A stretch of DNA of 64,000 nucleotides from a virus (lineage: Duplodnaviria; Caudoviricetes), in the IMG/VR virus record IMGVR_UViG_3300033463_004542, positions 1 to 64,000 of that record. One strand, written 5' to 3'. This document shows positions 34,562-45,200 of the stretch, piece by piece. Numbering within the stretch: position 1 is the stretch's first letter; each line of letters starts with the position of its first letter. The translations under genes were made by a program, and so were the position numbers. The notes beneath the pieces are model-generated. The model saw nothing but the letters and a program-made list of their open reading frames with translations, was not told where the DNA came from and did not search any database.

Positions 34562-36151
34562 TTATGTTGTCCAAACATTCCAAACTTCCTCGGGATATTG
34601 AGGAGGATATATAAATCTTAATCCATTAAGTTGCTCAAGTCCTCCTAACTGTAATTTCCAAATTATCTGAGCAACTTGATTAGTTCCTACACGAATTATA
34701 TTCTTCTGCACTTCTTGTCTATTTTCTGATTTACTCATATCTTTCCAAGAAGCAATCGTATATACTACACTTATGATAGAATGTTCCGCAGGGGCTGTAT
34801 TAAATATGATGCTATTATTAGATAACGAATAAGTATCTGTTGGTTGCGACTCTCCATCTATTGCTACAAATGTAATTGCAATAGCAGATTTTGTGAGTTC
34901 AAACTCTGTAGTAGCCCCATCTCCTGTGAAGCTATCTTCTACTTCTATGCCTGTACTATCATCGTCTGTTGGCATTATTCTATAACCGGCAAGGAGACCG
35001 TTATCTCCACTGTTATTCCAATATGCCTTTGACCAAAGGCCGGCCTCTGTGATATAGATATAATCGTTGTTACCTCTATATTGCTTTAATGAGCCTGTCG
35101 AAACAAATGCTGAATAGATAACATCGAGTGTATTTGGAATCTCTGACTGAACCTCAGGAACAATATTTCTATAAGTTATCTGACTTCTTAAAGAATCCAT
35201 TTCAAGGACTTCACAATTAACTGCTTCTTGGCTTTCAACTGTATAAATAGCAGCAATTCTTCCAACATATGTATCACCGTTAAGTAAATAAAGTATGGTT
35301 GAAGCTGTATAATAAGCTATTTCAATCTCATCTCCAACATCAGGAGCATTACCTAATGTAACTGTATTATTACTATCATCATAAGTATAAGCTACTTCGA
35401 CGTCATTTACTGCTACTGTTATGATAGTTCTTGCTTTAAAGCCCAATGTAAATTCAACAGTGGCACCATCTCCAGTAAATTTTTCAGTTAGGCTATTGAA
35501 TGTTTCGTAATCATTGACAGATAATAGCATTCTAGTAACAGATGAATCATGTAAGTTTTGGTTGATTACACCTTCAGGATATACAGTTACTGAGGTAATA
35601 TCAAGAGGAGCATTACTTAACTCGTAATAGATTTGACCTGCGTCATAGAAGTCCTGAGTAAGTTTAGCAGGTTTATCAGAATAAGGATAACCTAAACCAA
35701 ACCATTCACGGTTGTTGTTAGTATTACTATCGTAGCCGTCTGCACCAAATCCGGGTGCTTGATTGATGTATTCTTCAAATCTTAATTGAGCATTTAACTC
35801 TTTCTCTTCGGCAGTTGCACTTGCAGGAGCTACAGGAGTATAACCTATTCCTGCAGGGACTGTTATTTCTTCCTCATCAACTTCTATAGTTTCCGAATCT
35901 TGCGAAGTCAAACCCATTGTGCCTAATGAGATATACTGTGGCACCCACATAGATAAAGTGTCTGAACCTTGATTCAATACACCATCGCCCATTAAGTAAT
36001 GAGCGATTCCGGTCAGCAAGGAATTAGTAGCAGCATTATGACCTATGTGTTCTTGAACTACTTTTCCAGTAGGTTCATCAATAACACGAATGGTTACATT
36101 CTGCTTTACATCAAGTCTTTTGATTATGTCTAATGGGTTGGTTGTAGACAT
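34562..36151 (-). CDS. Tail/baseplate-associated structural protein
   Basis: HNAATN, ITEAGLW motifs; two FTGDG.T.EF.L beta-domains. Confidence 0.65.
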   Translation of the reverse strand: MSTTNPLDIIKRLDVKQNVTIRVIDEPTGKVVQEHIGHNAATNSLLTGIAHYLMGDGVLNQGSDTLSMWVPQYISLGTMGLTSQDSETIEVDEEEITVPAGIGYTPVAPASATAEEKELNAQLRFEEYINQAPGFGADGYDSNTNNNREWFGLGYPYSDKPAKLTQDFYDAGQIYYELSNAPLDITSVTVYPEGVINQNLHDSSVTRMLLSVNDYETFNSLTEKFTGDGATVEFTLGFKARTIITVAVNDVEVAYTYDDSNNTVTLGNAPDVGDEIEIAYYTASTILYLLNGDTYVGRIAAIYTVESQEAVNCEVLEMDSLRSQITYRNIVPEVQSEIPNTLDVIYSAFVSTGSLKQYRGNNDYIYITEAGLWSKAYWNNSGDNGLLAGYRIMPTDDDSTGIEVEDSFTGDGATTEFELTKSAIAITFVAIDGESQPTDTYSLSNNSIIFNTAPAEHSIISVVYTIASWKDMSKSENRQEVQKNIIRVGTNQVAQIIWKLQLGGLEQLNGLRFIYPPQYPEEVWNVWTT

Positions 36152-36169
36152 TTGATATCTCCGAAAATT

Positions 36170-36421
36170 TTAATCCTCAACAAAATTTACTGTATAAAAG
36201 ACAACCTCTTTACCAGTATTTGATGCCTTTTCAAGCAACTCACACTCAATATTGTATTGTTGCTCACTTTCAAGTGCATAATTACCATTAGCAGTATAAG
36301 GTTTGTCAAACTCTAAAGTAGTACCATCATCAAATTCTGCAATAGCTTCCCAGTGAGCAGATTTATAAGAAGATGCCCTTACATAATTACTGGGATATTT
36401 AGTAAATGTTCTCTTTGCCAC
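36170..36421 (-). CDS. Hypothetical protein with AKRTFTKYPSNYVRAS leader
   Basis: GTG start with AAGGAG RBS. Confidence 0.6.
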   Translation of the reverse strand: MAKRTFTKYPSNYVRASSYKSAHWEAIAEFDDGTTLEFDKPYTANGNYALESEQQYNIECELLEKASNTGKEVVFYTVNFVED

Positions 36422-36444
36422 AGGAAGTTTCTCCTTATAATAAC

Positions 36445-36621
36445 TTATCTAATGCGCTCAGTTTGGTATTCCATAATTTCCCAGTCATCGCTGTCCGAAT
36501 CATCAATAAAATTCCCGCCGTCGGTCTTTTCGGCTATCTCGTTAGCTTCATAGGCATCTTCTGCCTCGACATCAAGATAACAATAGGTAGTCATTTTTGC
36601 CCAAACTCTGTAAATTGCCAT
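36445..36621 (-). CDS. 58-aa protein, DpnD/PcfM-like
   Basis: Manual translation MAIYRVWAKMTTYCYLDVEAEDAYEANEIAE...; AAGGAG RBS; motif B at 36656. Confidence 0.55.
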   Translation of the reverse strand: MAIYRVWAKMTTYCYLDVEAEDAYEANEIAEKTDGGNFIDDSDSDDWEIMEYQTERIR

Positions 36622-36666
36622 AGGAAATTTCTCCTTATAATAAAATTATCTGTAAGTATAAAAGGT

Positions 36667-37125
36667 TTACGGTATCTCAGATGTAGTCGAATCCTCATCA
36701 TGATAGAAACTCTCTGTTGTCCTATAAGAATTTACTCCAGAAACAGTAAGGTTATAAGTATCAGGTGCTACCTCCCCCTCTTGTAGCGGAGTGCTTTTAT
36801 TATCTATTCTTCTGTGGAGATTGGGATATGTATAACCTGAAGATGAATATTCAATTACAATATGTGATTCATTAGCAGGAGCAGCGGTTACAAATGTAAC
36901 TTTCAGATTACTTTTGTCTAATTTATAATCAGTTGAAGAAACAACAACTCCATCAACTGTGACTTCAGTTATACTAATAGCATTTGTAGATAAATCAAAA
37001 GTTACTTTGGTGCCATCACCTATGAACTTATCCTTCACTTCGTGAATTTCTGATTCTTTTGCAATCTCTTCTGGAGTTGCTGGTTTAGCAGGACCTTGTG
37101 CCATTTTGTAATCGTCTATACTCAT
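36667..37125 (-). CDS. Virion protein with FIGDG beta-domain
   Basis: FIGDGTKVTFDL...VTFVTAAP. Confidence 0.6.
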   Translation of the reverse strand: MSIDDYKMAQGPAKPATPEEIAKESEIHEVKDKFIGDGTKVTFDLSTNAISITEVTVDGVVVSSTDYKLDKSNLKVTFVTAAPANESHIVIEYSSSGYTYPNLHRRIDNKSTPLQEGEVAPDTYNLTVSGVNSYRTTESFYHDEDSTTSEIP

Positions 37126-37142
37126 AGTGAAGTTTTGCTCCT

Positions 37143-38012
37143 TTATTCAGAGTATGTTATAGAAACCAATGAATGAGTTCCGATAGCAAAATAAGATTTA
37201 TTACCGCTAAGATATTTAGTATCGCCAAAACCTACTGTAGTGCAATCATAAATATCGGTAGAAGTGAATACTTTAATAGAACCGCTTACGAAGCTACTAT
37301 TTGGAATATAATCCAAATACCCAGGTCTAGCTTCATATGAAAACCTAGAGGATTTTGTTACAGAATTAGTACCATCTGCATCATACAAAGAAGCATTATC
37401 AATGATATTAGGTCCAGAATAACCTCCCCATTTCCACTTTGTAACTCCGCCCTCGGTTACTCTAATCCTCATTATGCCGACACCGCTTGCATCTTTAAAA
37501 TCTGAAGCATTATAAGGGCTAATCCACAAGATAAATATATTCTGGTCAGTATATATTGTGTATCGGTGCTGTCTATCTATTGAATCTTCTACATAAGATG
37601 TCCTAAATTTGTGAGTTGAGTTCCATGTAGATGCTCTATATTCAATGCAGGTATCATACGAATAAGTGTCTATATTTTTAGACATAATATAATTACCGCC
37701 ACACAATAATCCAAAATTATATCCAGAAGATGCGGAATATTGATTATAATAAGAATCGGTCGGAAAAATCTGTACTCGGAGAATTACTCCATCAGCAAGA
37801 TTAAAGTCAGCATTAGTATATTTATTTTTAGTAATCCCCCAATCAGATGTTGATGCATCAGTAATTGTTATATAATCACCAGTCCCACTATCCCATTTAG
37901 TGATGTCGCAAGTAATACCTTCCCAAAGCCCTTTAATTTTATTGTAGGTAGCGGCAAAGAAATCACTCTCACTCCCGGTGGTTCGAACTACATCAGTAGA
38001 AAATGTTCCCAT
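37143..38012 (-). CDS. Putative tail/fibre-associated protein
   Basis: C-terminus paralogous to 38024-38764 (PGYL.Y...YFAIG.H.L). Confidence 0.6.
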   Translation of the reverse strand: MGTFSTDVVRTTGSESDFFAATYNKIKGLWEGITCDITKWDSGTGDYITITDASTSDWGITKNKYTNADFNLADGVILRVQIFPTDSYYNQYSASSGYNFGLLCGGNYIMSKNIDTYSYDTCIEYRASTWNSTHKFRTSYVEDSIDRQHRYTIYTDQNIFILWISPYNASDFKDASGVGIMRIRVTEGGVTKWKWGGYSGPNIIDNASLYDADGTNSVTKSSRFSYEARPGYLDYIPNSSFVSGSIKVFTSTDIYDCTTVGFGDTKYLSGNKSYFAIGTHSLVSITYSE

Positions 38013-38023
38013 AGTTATCTCCT

Positions 38024-38764
38024 TTAATCTATCGCAATAAGTGTATGTGGTCCAATAGCAAAATAATTATCTGACTGAATTGCTACGGAACTTCCTATTG
38101 TAACTGTACTGCAATTAACAAAATCTTCTAACCTAAATTGCTCTTGCCCAGCATTGACGAATGAAACATGCGTAACATATTCTAAATACCCTGGTGCTGC
38201 TGCATAGTTAAAAAGAGAGGTTGCAGTATATGCAACAGACGCATCTCCTCCTTTATAAAGAGGTGCAAGCTCGAAATTAGGTGAACCATATCCGCCACAA
38301 TACTTATAACTGTCTGAATCAGTTATAAATGCAACAACTGCACTGGTGTCAGATATTGATGTTTTGTTATATGAACCTAACCACAGGAAAATATAGCCTG
38401 CATCAGCATCAACTACGGAAGCCATATAAAATTTTCTCATTGCATCATTACCATAATAAGTATTACTTTCGATATAGGATATACTTGCAGATGCTTTAGT
38501 TTCACCGCTTACTATGATATAGCAATTATAATAGTTGGTATTGTAGCTTAATTTATTTGCTCGGGTTAATCTGATTACAAGCCCCGGAAAATCAGAAGAT
38601 GAAAATCCGAATGTAGGAGTATTTCCGCTTGATGCAAATTGAGTATCTACATCAGTATCACAAGAAAATGAATTATCTAACCCTAATATACGAGCAGATA
38701 TTGCACTAATAAATGCCTTTTCTACTCCAGAATTCTCTACAAGGCCTTTCACTATCGTAGCCAT
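38024..38764 (-). CDS. Putative tail/fibre-associated protein
   Basis: Paralog of 37143-38012. Confidence 0.6.
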   Translation of the reverse strand: MATIVKGLVENSGVEKAFISAISARILGLDNSFSCDTDVDTQFASSGNTPTFGFSSSDFPGLVIRLTRANKLSYNTNYYNCYIIVSGETKASASISYIESNTYYGNDAMRKFYMASVVDADAGYIFLWLGSYNKTSISDTSAVVAFITDSDSYKYCGGYGSPNFELAPLYKGGDASVAYTATSLFNYAAAPGYLEYVTHVSFVNAGQEQFRLEDFVNCSTVTIGSSVAIQSDNYFAIGPHTLIAID

Positions 38765-38773
38765 AAAACCTCC

Positions 38774-39073
38774 TTATACTACTTCATCCCACTTCTCTGA
38801 ATCAAAAGGTTCAGGAGTAGTAACTGCCAATATACATACATACAAGGTATCATTATAGAATACATAATCTCCGACTTCGTAAGTTAATTGGTCACTGTAA
38901 ACTAGCTGAGCACTTTGGATTTGAACTTCTTGGACATTGGGATTAGTTACATTTACACTAACACTAGAATATCCATCAGCACTATCAGAACTTGCATTAT
39001 AAGTTCCGTTCTCTGTTATACTTTTTGTAACAAGAGTTGGTTGGCTACCGCCACCGGTTCTATACCAAGCCAT
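38774..39073 (-). CDS. Small virion protein with CBM5/12-like module
   Basis: YEVGDYVFYNDTLYVC....TPEPFDSEKW, nearly the same as a module in 58898-61804. Confidence 0.6.
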   Translation of the reverse strand: MAWYRTGGGSQPTLVTKSITENGTYNASSDSADGYSSVSVNVTNPNVQEVQIQSAQLVYSDQLTYEVGDYVFYNDTLYVCILAVTTPEPFDSEKWDEVV

Positions 39074-39648
39074 TATGATACCCTCACTTTCACTTCAACA
39101 TCATTTGCTTGTGCCTCAAATGTAAGAACAATTTGCCCTGAAGTAACTGCCTGATTAGTAGGGCTAACCCCGAAAGTATCTGTATATACATCTATTGTAC
39201 TATCGGTAGTTATTTTTGCATTTGCTATTGTCAAAGAAGTTTCTCCTGCTTCTAATGTACCAGTGAAGTCATACCAAGTTCCTTCGCCATCGGCAAATTT
39301 GATACCTACTATCTCTTTGAGTTGCGTCCCATTTTCTACTGTTTTTATAGTTACTTCATCCGTTGCCGAGAAACTCCCTATCAATCTACGACTAACATTT
39401 CCAAATGACAAATTACCTAATAATAAATCGTCATCCAATAATATATTTCTGGTTTCAAATGCTGTGGAAGTGTAATGTGTACCATCTGTGTTATAACACT
39501 TTACAATAAGCAAATCATAATCGGTATAATGTCCGTCTAATTGAACTGCCCCAGTCGAACCAGCCGTACCTGAATAGATAGTATTAACAACCGCATTTAC
39601 AGGAGTTCCCCCTGTATAACAAATGTCATTTAACATTAACCTTCCCAT
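39073..39648 (-). CDS. Tail fibre-associated protein
   Basis: Beta-rich; position within fibre cluster. Confidence 0.55.
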   Translation of the reverse strand: MGRLMLNDICYTGGTPVNAVVNTIYSGTAGSTGAVQLDGHYTDYDLLIVKCYNTDGTHYTSTAFETRNILLDDDLLLGNLSFGNVSRRLIGSFSATDEVTIKTVENGTQLKEIVGIKFADGEGTWYDFTGTLEAGETSLTIANAKITTDSTIDVYTDTFGVSPTNQAVTSGQIVLTFEAQANDVEVKVRVS

Positions 39649-39664
39649 AATCTTATCTCCTTAT

Positions 39665-40552
39665 TTATGAACTTGTTTTGGTGTAACGGACAGTAATCAG
39701 ATATGAACGATGAGCGTCTGGGGAAAACTCGCTGGTAGAACATCTAACATATATTTTGGTAGCAGTTACTACCCAACCTATTGGAAAAACTGTACCTGCC
39801 GAAATACCATTTGTAGCCGTTACCCATGTACCATTTTCAAAATCTGTGTAAGCTGATTCTACAAATTTTACACTACCGATACCAGATATATTATGCACTA
39901 ATTGCGAAGTGCTTTCGCTATTAGTGAGTTTCTTATTATTAAAGTATAAGGTCTGTTCATATAAAGTAGAGCCATCGTACCAAGTGCCTACAACTTGCTC
40001 ACTTGTAGAATAATGACGAGCCGGAACACCTTGCGGAGTCCAAGTTCCTGAACCGGCTGTATCGGTTGTTTTGGTGTAACGGAAAGTGATTATTACAGCA
40101 TCACAATTCCAACCTCCGCCAATTCTCCAACTTACCCCAGTAGAACTTACATCAAATACCGATGCCCACCAAGAGGAGTTAGTACCCTCAAAACCCTGGA
40201 TAGTTTCACCGTAGGCAGTTCTTAATGCATGCCAACCATTTACAAATATATGGTCAACATTTGCAATATTATGTGCAACAAAATCTTGTCTACCGCTTGG
40301 ATTAGGGAAACTAATAGTCTTTTCGTACAACGGTTTACCGTCAATCCAAACACCAATCTCCCTTTCGGTTTCGGAATAGATAACAGGCTGAAATTGTGAA
40401 TCATCTCCATTAACATCAGTAAGGAAATACATAGTTCCGTCTGTCTTTTGTTCAGGGGTAAGTGCCATATACTCATCATAGGTGAGTTCTTGGTAATTGG
40501 TGTTACCACCTCCACCGCCGCTAACTACTTTGCCGTTTACATATAAAGCCAT
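39665..40552 (-). CDS. Tail fibre/receptor-binding protein with two YS..E..IG.W.DG domains
   Basis: Tandem domains ending RYTK. Confidence 0.7.
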   Translation of the reverse strand: MALYVNGKVVSGGGGGNTNYQELTYDEYMALTPEQKTDGTMYFLTDVNGDDSQFQPVIYSETEREIGVWIDGKPLYEKTISFPNPSGRQDFVAHNIANVDHIFVNGWHALRTAYGETIQGFEGTNSSWWASVFDVSSTGVSWRIGGGWNCDAVIITFRYTKTTDTAGSGTWTPQGVPARHYSTSEQVVGTWYDGSTLYEQTLYFNNKKLTNSESTSQLVHNISGIGSVKFVESAYTDFENGTWVTATNGISAGTVFPIGWVVTATKIYVRCSTSEFSPDAHRSYLITVRYTKTSS

Positions 40553-40566
40553 AATCTATCTCTCCT

Positions 40567-42243
40567 TTATGCACTTGCTTTGGTGTATCTAACAGTTACA
40601 TAACAAGTACCTGAATATCCTGTTATGCAACCGCCAATATGGTATTTGTTATCAGTAGAATTAAAATCGACATTGGTGAAAGCATTATAAGCATTTGTAA
40701 GGTAAAAATTCAGTCCTCTGCGATTTACACCGCATAAGAAGAATCCATCGGCTATATACATAATTGCCGTACTGTCTAATCCTGCGATATCAAGTGTATA
40801 ATCAAAATTAGTGCCACTTGTTGCAGGGAAAGTTACAGTTCTTTCATAGACCGTACTTCCGTCTATCCAAGTGCCAATAACATGCTCGGTTGTAGAATAA
40901 TGAACTGCAGGAACTCCCTGCGGTGTCCAAGTCCCCGAACCTGCCGTATCGGTTGTTTTAGTATAGCGGATAGTTACCTCAACATCTGCGGTATCGCCGT
41001 TCCAAGTGGAACAATAAAACCTAACATAACCCGAAGATGTAACCGAAACACACAAATACTGTCCGATTCCTGTTTGTTGTCCGTTATACTGTATTGTTAC
41101 TGCTCCGTCTGTACTAACAAGAGTATCAATGTCACTTATCTGTTCTATATTCTGCCAATCACTTGTACTAATTGTAATATTGTTCACAAGAAAGGTCTTT
41201 TGATATAGTGGTTTTCCGTCAATCCAAACACCGATTTCTCGTTCAGTTTCAGAATAGATAACTGGTTGAAACTCATTATCGGGAGTGCTGGTAGCATCGG
41301 TTACATTTATGATACCTACTTTTTCATCAGCAGATAATTGTTCAAACTCTAATGCTGTCATTTCACGGACAACATTAACCTCGGTTATCTGGTCTGTATT
41401 ATTATCTATGGAGTATGCCCCCTTAAACTGAAGGTCGGCTCTTTGTGTAAGGCTTGTACCTTCGTCGTCAAGAATGGTATGACCTCCGCCTCCGCCACCT
41501 CCAGCGTCCAGAGCAATCGTAGCATCCGATGATTGATTAAGGGTAATCGAACCCTTGGTTGTTCCTCCTTGAGTAAATGTTATCGTGGCGTCATTTACTG
41601 TTGGAATATTAGGTTTACTTGAAAGGTCATTATAACTACCGCTTGTAGCAACTGTTGCCAGTGTTGGTTTATTTAATATCTGGGAAACACCACTACTACT
41701 GTTCCAATCTGAATTTACCTGAGCCGCAGGAATTGTAGGCTTATTGAGGATTTGAGCTACACCACTAACAGCATCCCAATCTGAATTTACTTGTGCTGCC
41801 GGAATTGTAGGCGGATTAAGTAAATCGCCATAATCACCACTCGTTGCTACGGCTGCTAAACTCGCTACTGTTGCATAATCAGAAGCATCGGAAAGCTCCG
41901 CAACCGTAGTAGGTACGGTTATATCGATAGTTTCATTAGAAGATGCATTAGCCGTAAATGAACCTATCTCGGTACTGTTTACTTGTATCGATAATGTAGC
42001 GTCATTTACAGTCGGGATATCCCCTGCTACTTCGTTGATTGCACCTACCAGAGTTTTATCAGTAGTATCGAGGTCATTAGTAAATTCAGTAGTGATTGCC
42101 ACATGCTCCGCAACATCTCCGATAGTAGCCTTTACCGAAGTATAGGTACTATCCTGATTATCATTAGATACTTCCACAAGGTCAGTATCGTGCATTGTAG
42201 CGATAGCATTTAAGTCAGATATTTTCTTTGATGTACCCGGCAT
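40567..42243 (-). CDS. Tail fibre protein (paralog of 39665-40552 at the C-terminus)
   Basis: SKKISDL N-terminus, QVNSDW..ILNKP shaft repeats, two YS..E..IG.WIDG domains. Confidence 0.75.
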   Translation of the reverse strand: MPGTSKKISDLNAIATMHDTDLVEVSNDNQDSTYTSVKATIGDVAEHVAITTEFTNDLDTTDKTLVGAINEVAGDIPTVNDATLSIQVNSTEIGSFTANASSNETIDITVPTTVAELSDASDYATVASLAAVATSGDYGDLLNPPTIPAAQVNSDWDAVSGVAQILNKPTIPAAQVNSDWNSSSGVSQILNKPTLATVATSGSYNDLSSKPNIPTVNDATITFTQGGTTKGSITLNQSSDATIALDAGGGGGGGHTILDDEGTSLTQRADLQFKGAYSIDNNTDQITEVNVVREMTALEFEQLSADEKVGIINVTDATSTPDNEFQPVIYSETEREIGVWIDGKPLYQKTFLVNNITISTSDWQNIEQISDIDTLVSTDGAVTIQYNGQQTGIGQYLCVSVTSSGYVRFYCSTWNGDTADVEVTIRYTKTTDTAGSGTWTPQGVPAVHYSTTEHVIGTWIDGSTVYERTVTFPATSGTNFDYTLDIAGLDSTAIMYIADGFFLCGVNRRGLNFYLTNAYNAFTNVDFNSTDNKYHIGGCITGYSGTCYVTVRYTKASA

Positions 42244-42255
42244 AACTATTCTCCT

Positions 42256-45200
42256 TTATTCTTCTTGCTCCAATATTCTATCTGAGCCGTCTTCCGTTAT
42301 TCTTTGGTCACCATTTTCTGTTATTAAAGGTATTCCGAATAAGTATCTCTCTATTGCTTCTATTCTATCAGCAAGTGAAGTCAACTCACTATTGATTTTG
42401 CTTGAACTCCAAGTCTTATCTAATGCAATATCATTATCATCAATAACTGCTCCGCCACCACCATTAGGTGCATAAAGTTCAGTCGTAACGCCATCTACCT
42501 CGATATCGGCAATATGAGTTCCTGTATCTTGTATCTGCGTTACTTGGACAGAAGAACCTGCGGAAGGGACTAAAATCTCCGTATCCGTGCCGTCTATTGT
42601 TATAGTAGCAACTTTTGTTCCTGTCGATAAAGTATCGTCAATAGATACTGAAGTCGGTGTAGGTGCATATAAATCAGTAGAAGTACCATCTACATCAATT
42701 TCTGCTACCTTTGTACCAGATTGCTGTGTTTGGGTTACTGTTACTGAACCTACCGCATTAGGTGTATAGAGATGAGAAGTGGTACCATCTACAGTGATAT
42801 CTGCGATATTGACACCGGACTGCACTACCGGCTCAACTACAACAGTAGAACCGCCACCGCCTCCGTTAGGAGAATAAATATCAGTAGTTGTTCCGTCAAT
42901 TGTAATCTCTGCTATCTTTGTACCAGTAGACTGAACTTGTGTAACAGATACTTCGCTACCTAATTCGGAATATAATTCATTAATAGCTGCCGCTATACTC
43001 TGCGAAGATGTTGATAAGGTAGTACCTGTTGTCAAATCTCCGGCAATTACAAGATTACCAGACCAATCAAGTGTTAAAGCATTAGACCTAGTTACAACTC
43101 CGCCGTCGTCTTCACCATTACCAATAATAACTGCTTTATTAGCATCTGCTACATTATATTTACCGCCTACATGCTGATAATTACCAATTGCAATATTGTA
43201 GTAACCTTCAACATGAGTACCTTCGATAGAATCGATAGGCTCCCACATAGCAGCAACTGTTCCAGTTACTTTAGCAACATTTCCTGAACCACTCTTAGAT
43301 TCTGATTCAGGATTAAGTAAGTAGTACCCATTAGAAGTTGTTGTTTTGAATGGAGTTAATAATGAAGTTATACGAGACCATTTATTATTTTCTAATGGAG
43401 ATTGACCTGTAGGAACATCGTTAGTGGCATAATAATATCGAGTTATTTGCTGACCATATGCATTTGAAACTACAAACTTAACTACATCCCCAGTTACATA
43501 TGTTGTCGAAGCACTCCAAGTTGATGGTGATATTATCTGGACCGCATTGCTTGCCTGTATTTGACCAGGAGCAGTTATACACCTATATATGAATGGTCTA
43601 GTTGTTTCATTTTGATAATCAGGATTATATAATGCATTAGGTCCTACAATATCACCTACTGCATAGGTTGTTCCAAATACAAATGGACTAATATTCTCAG
43701 AAACTCCAAGGAAGTTATGAGAACCTTCTGCGTGGACAGCAAAGCCAGTAACATCATTATGTTTACCTTCTACATGAGAACCGAGGGCATAAATATTATT
43801 CCCGCCGCCTTCGGCATGAGTTTTTGCACCGTGAATTTTGTTACCTGCGCCCTCTACGTGAGACTCTTCGCCAGATAGATTATTTCCTGCACCTTCTACA
43901 TGTGCTTGGACACCATAATTAGCGTTACCGGCGCCTTCTGTATGGGTTATATTAGAATTAGGAAGTGTACTATTTCCTGCACCTTCTACATGAGAACTAT
44001 ATCCTACATTGTAGTTTCCCGCACCTTCTGTATGACCGTGGTCACCGCCAGTTACGTTACCGCTACCTTCTGCATGAGATTCTCTTCCGAATCCAAGGTT
44101 TCCGCTACCCTCTACATGAGTAGCTTCACCATAAGCTAAACCACGGGTACCTTCTATGTGAGAAGCATCACCTTGTGCAATAGTTCCGCTACCTTCTGCA
44201 TGAGAACCTACACCACTTGCAGTAACTGGCCCACCAAATGAGGTTGTACCTTCTGCATGAGAAGCAAGGCCTGAAGCAATACTGCTGTGACCTTCTGCAT
44301 GAGCACCTGGACCTGAAGATGTAGTACTTATACCCTCAGCATGAGAGTAATCACCACTAGCAGTGCTTTCATTATACTCATCCATCTGGTTGAATAATTC
44401 TGCAGCAATACCAGTACCAGCTTTAATTGAAGGAAGTCCCCCACCGCCTCCACCACCATGGTCGTCTACATATTTCTTTGTAGCAACATCCATTCCTGCG
44501 AGAGGAGCTAAGCCAACAGTAATTCTACCAGCAACATATTCATTACCATTCCAATCTAATGTTCTTACATTAGACCTGGCATTATCGCTAGTACCATTAC
44601 CGACTATTTCTACATAAGTACCATGACCAGTACCACCCGATGGCGGAATATCTGCAATATTATATTTACCAAATACATGCTGGTCTCTACTTGCAGCAAT
44701 TGTATATTCACCTTCGGCGTGGCTTGCTTCTTGCAGAGCTTGTGTATTTTCACCTTCGGCATGAGAACCATAACCAGATGATATAGTACTTATGCCTTCT
44801 GCATGTGCATCTGTACCTGAAGCAGTTGTGTAATAGCCTTCAGCATGAGATACTTGACCAGATGCAGTTGTATGCTGTCCTTCTGCGTGGGAGTAAGAAT
44901 TGCTAGCTACACATGCTTGTCCCTCAGCATGAGCATCAAAACCCGAAGCTGTTGTATGCTCACCTTCGGCATGTGAGTTATCTCCGGAAGCAGTAGTAGA
45001 ATTGCCCTCTGCGTGGGCATATGTACCTTGAGCTTGAGAATATAAACCCTCAGAATGTGAAGCAACACCTATTGCTTTTGTGGAATTACCTTCTGCATGG
45101 GCACCGTCACTACCAGAAGCTATAGAAGATTGACCTTCTGCGTGAGCGTAATAGTTTGTAGCTTGAGTATAGTTACCTTCTGCATGGGAATAATCTCCCG

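Noticed and set aside
39665-42243. Diversity-generating retroelement TR/VR pair
   Set aside because: Differences between the repeated blocks are mostly synonymous and not adenine-specific; no reverse transcriptase in the window.
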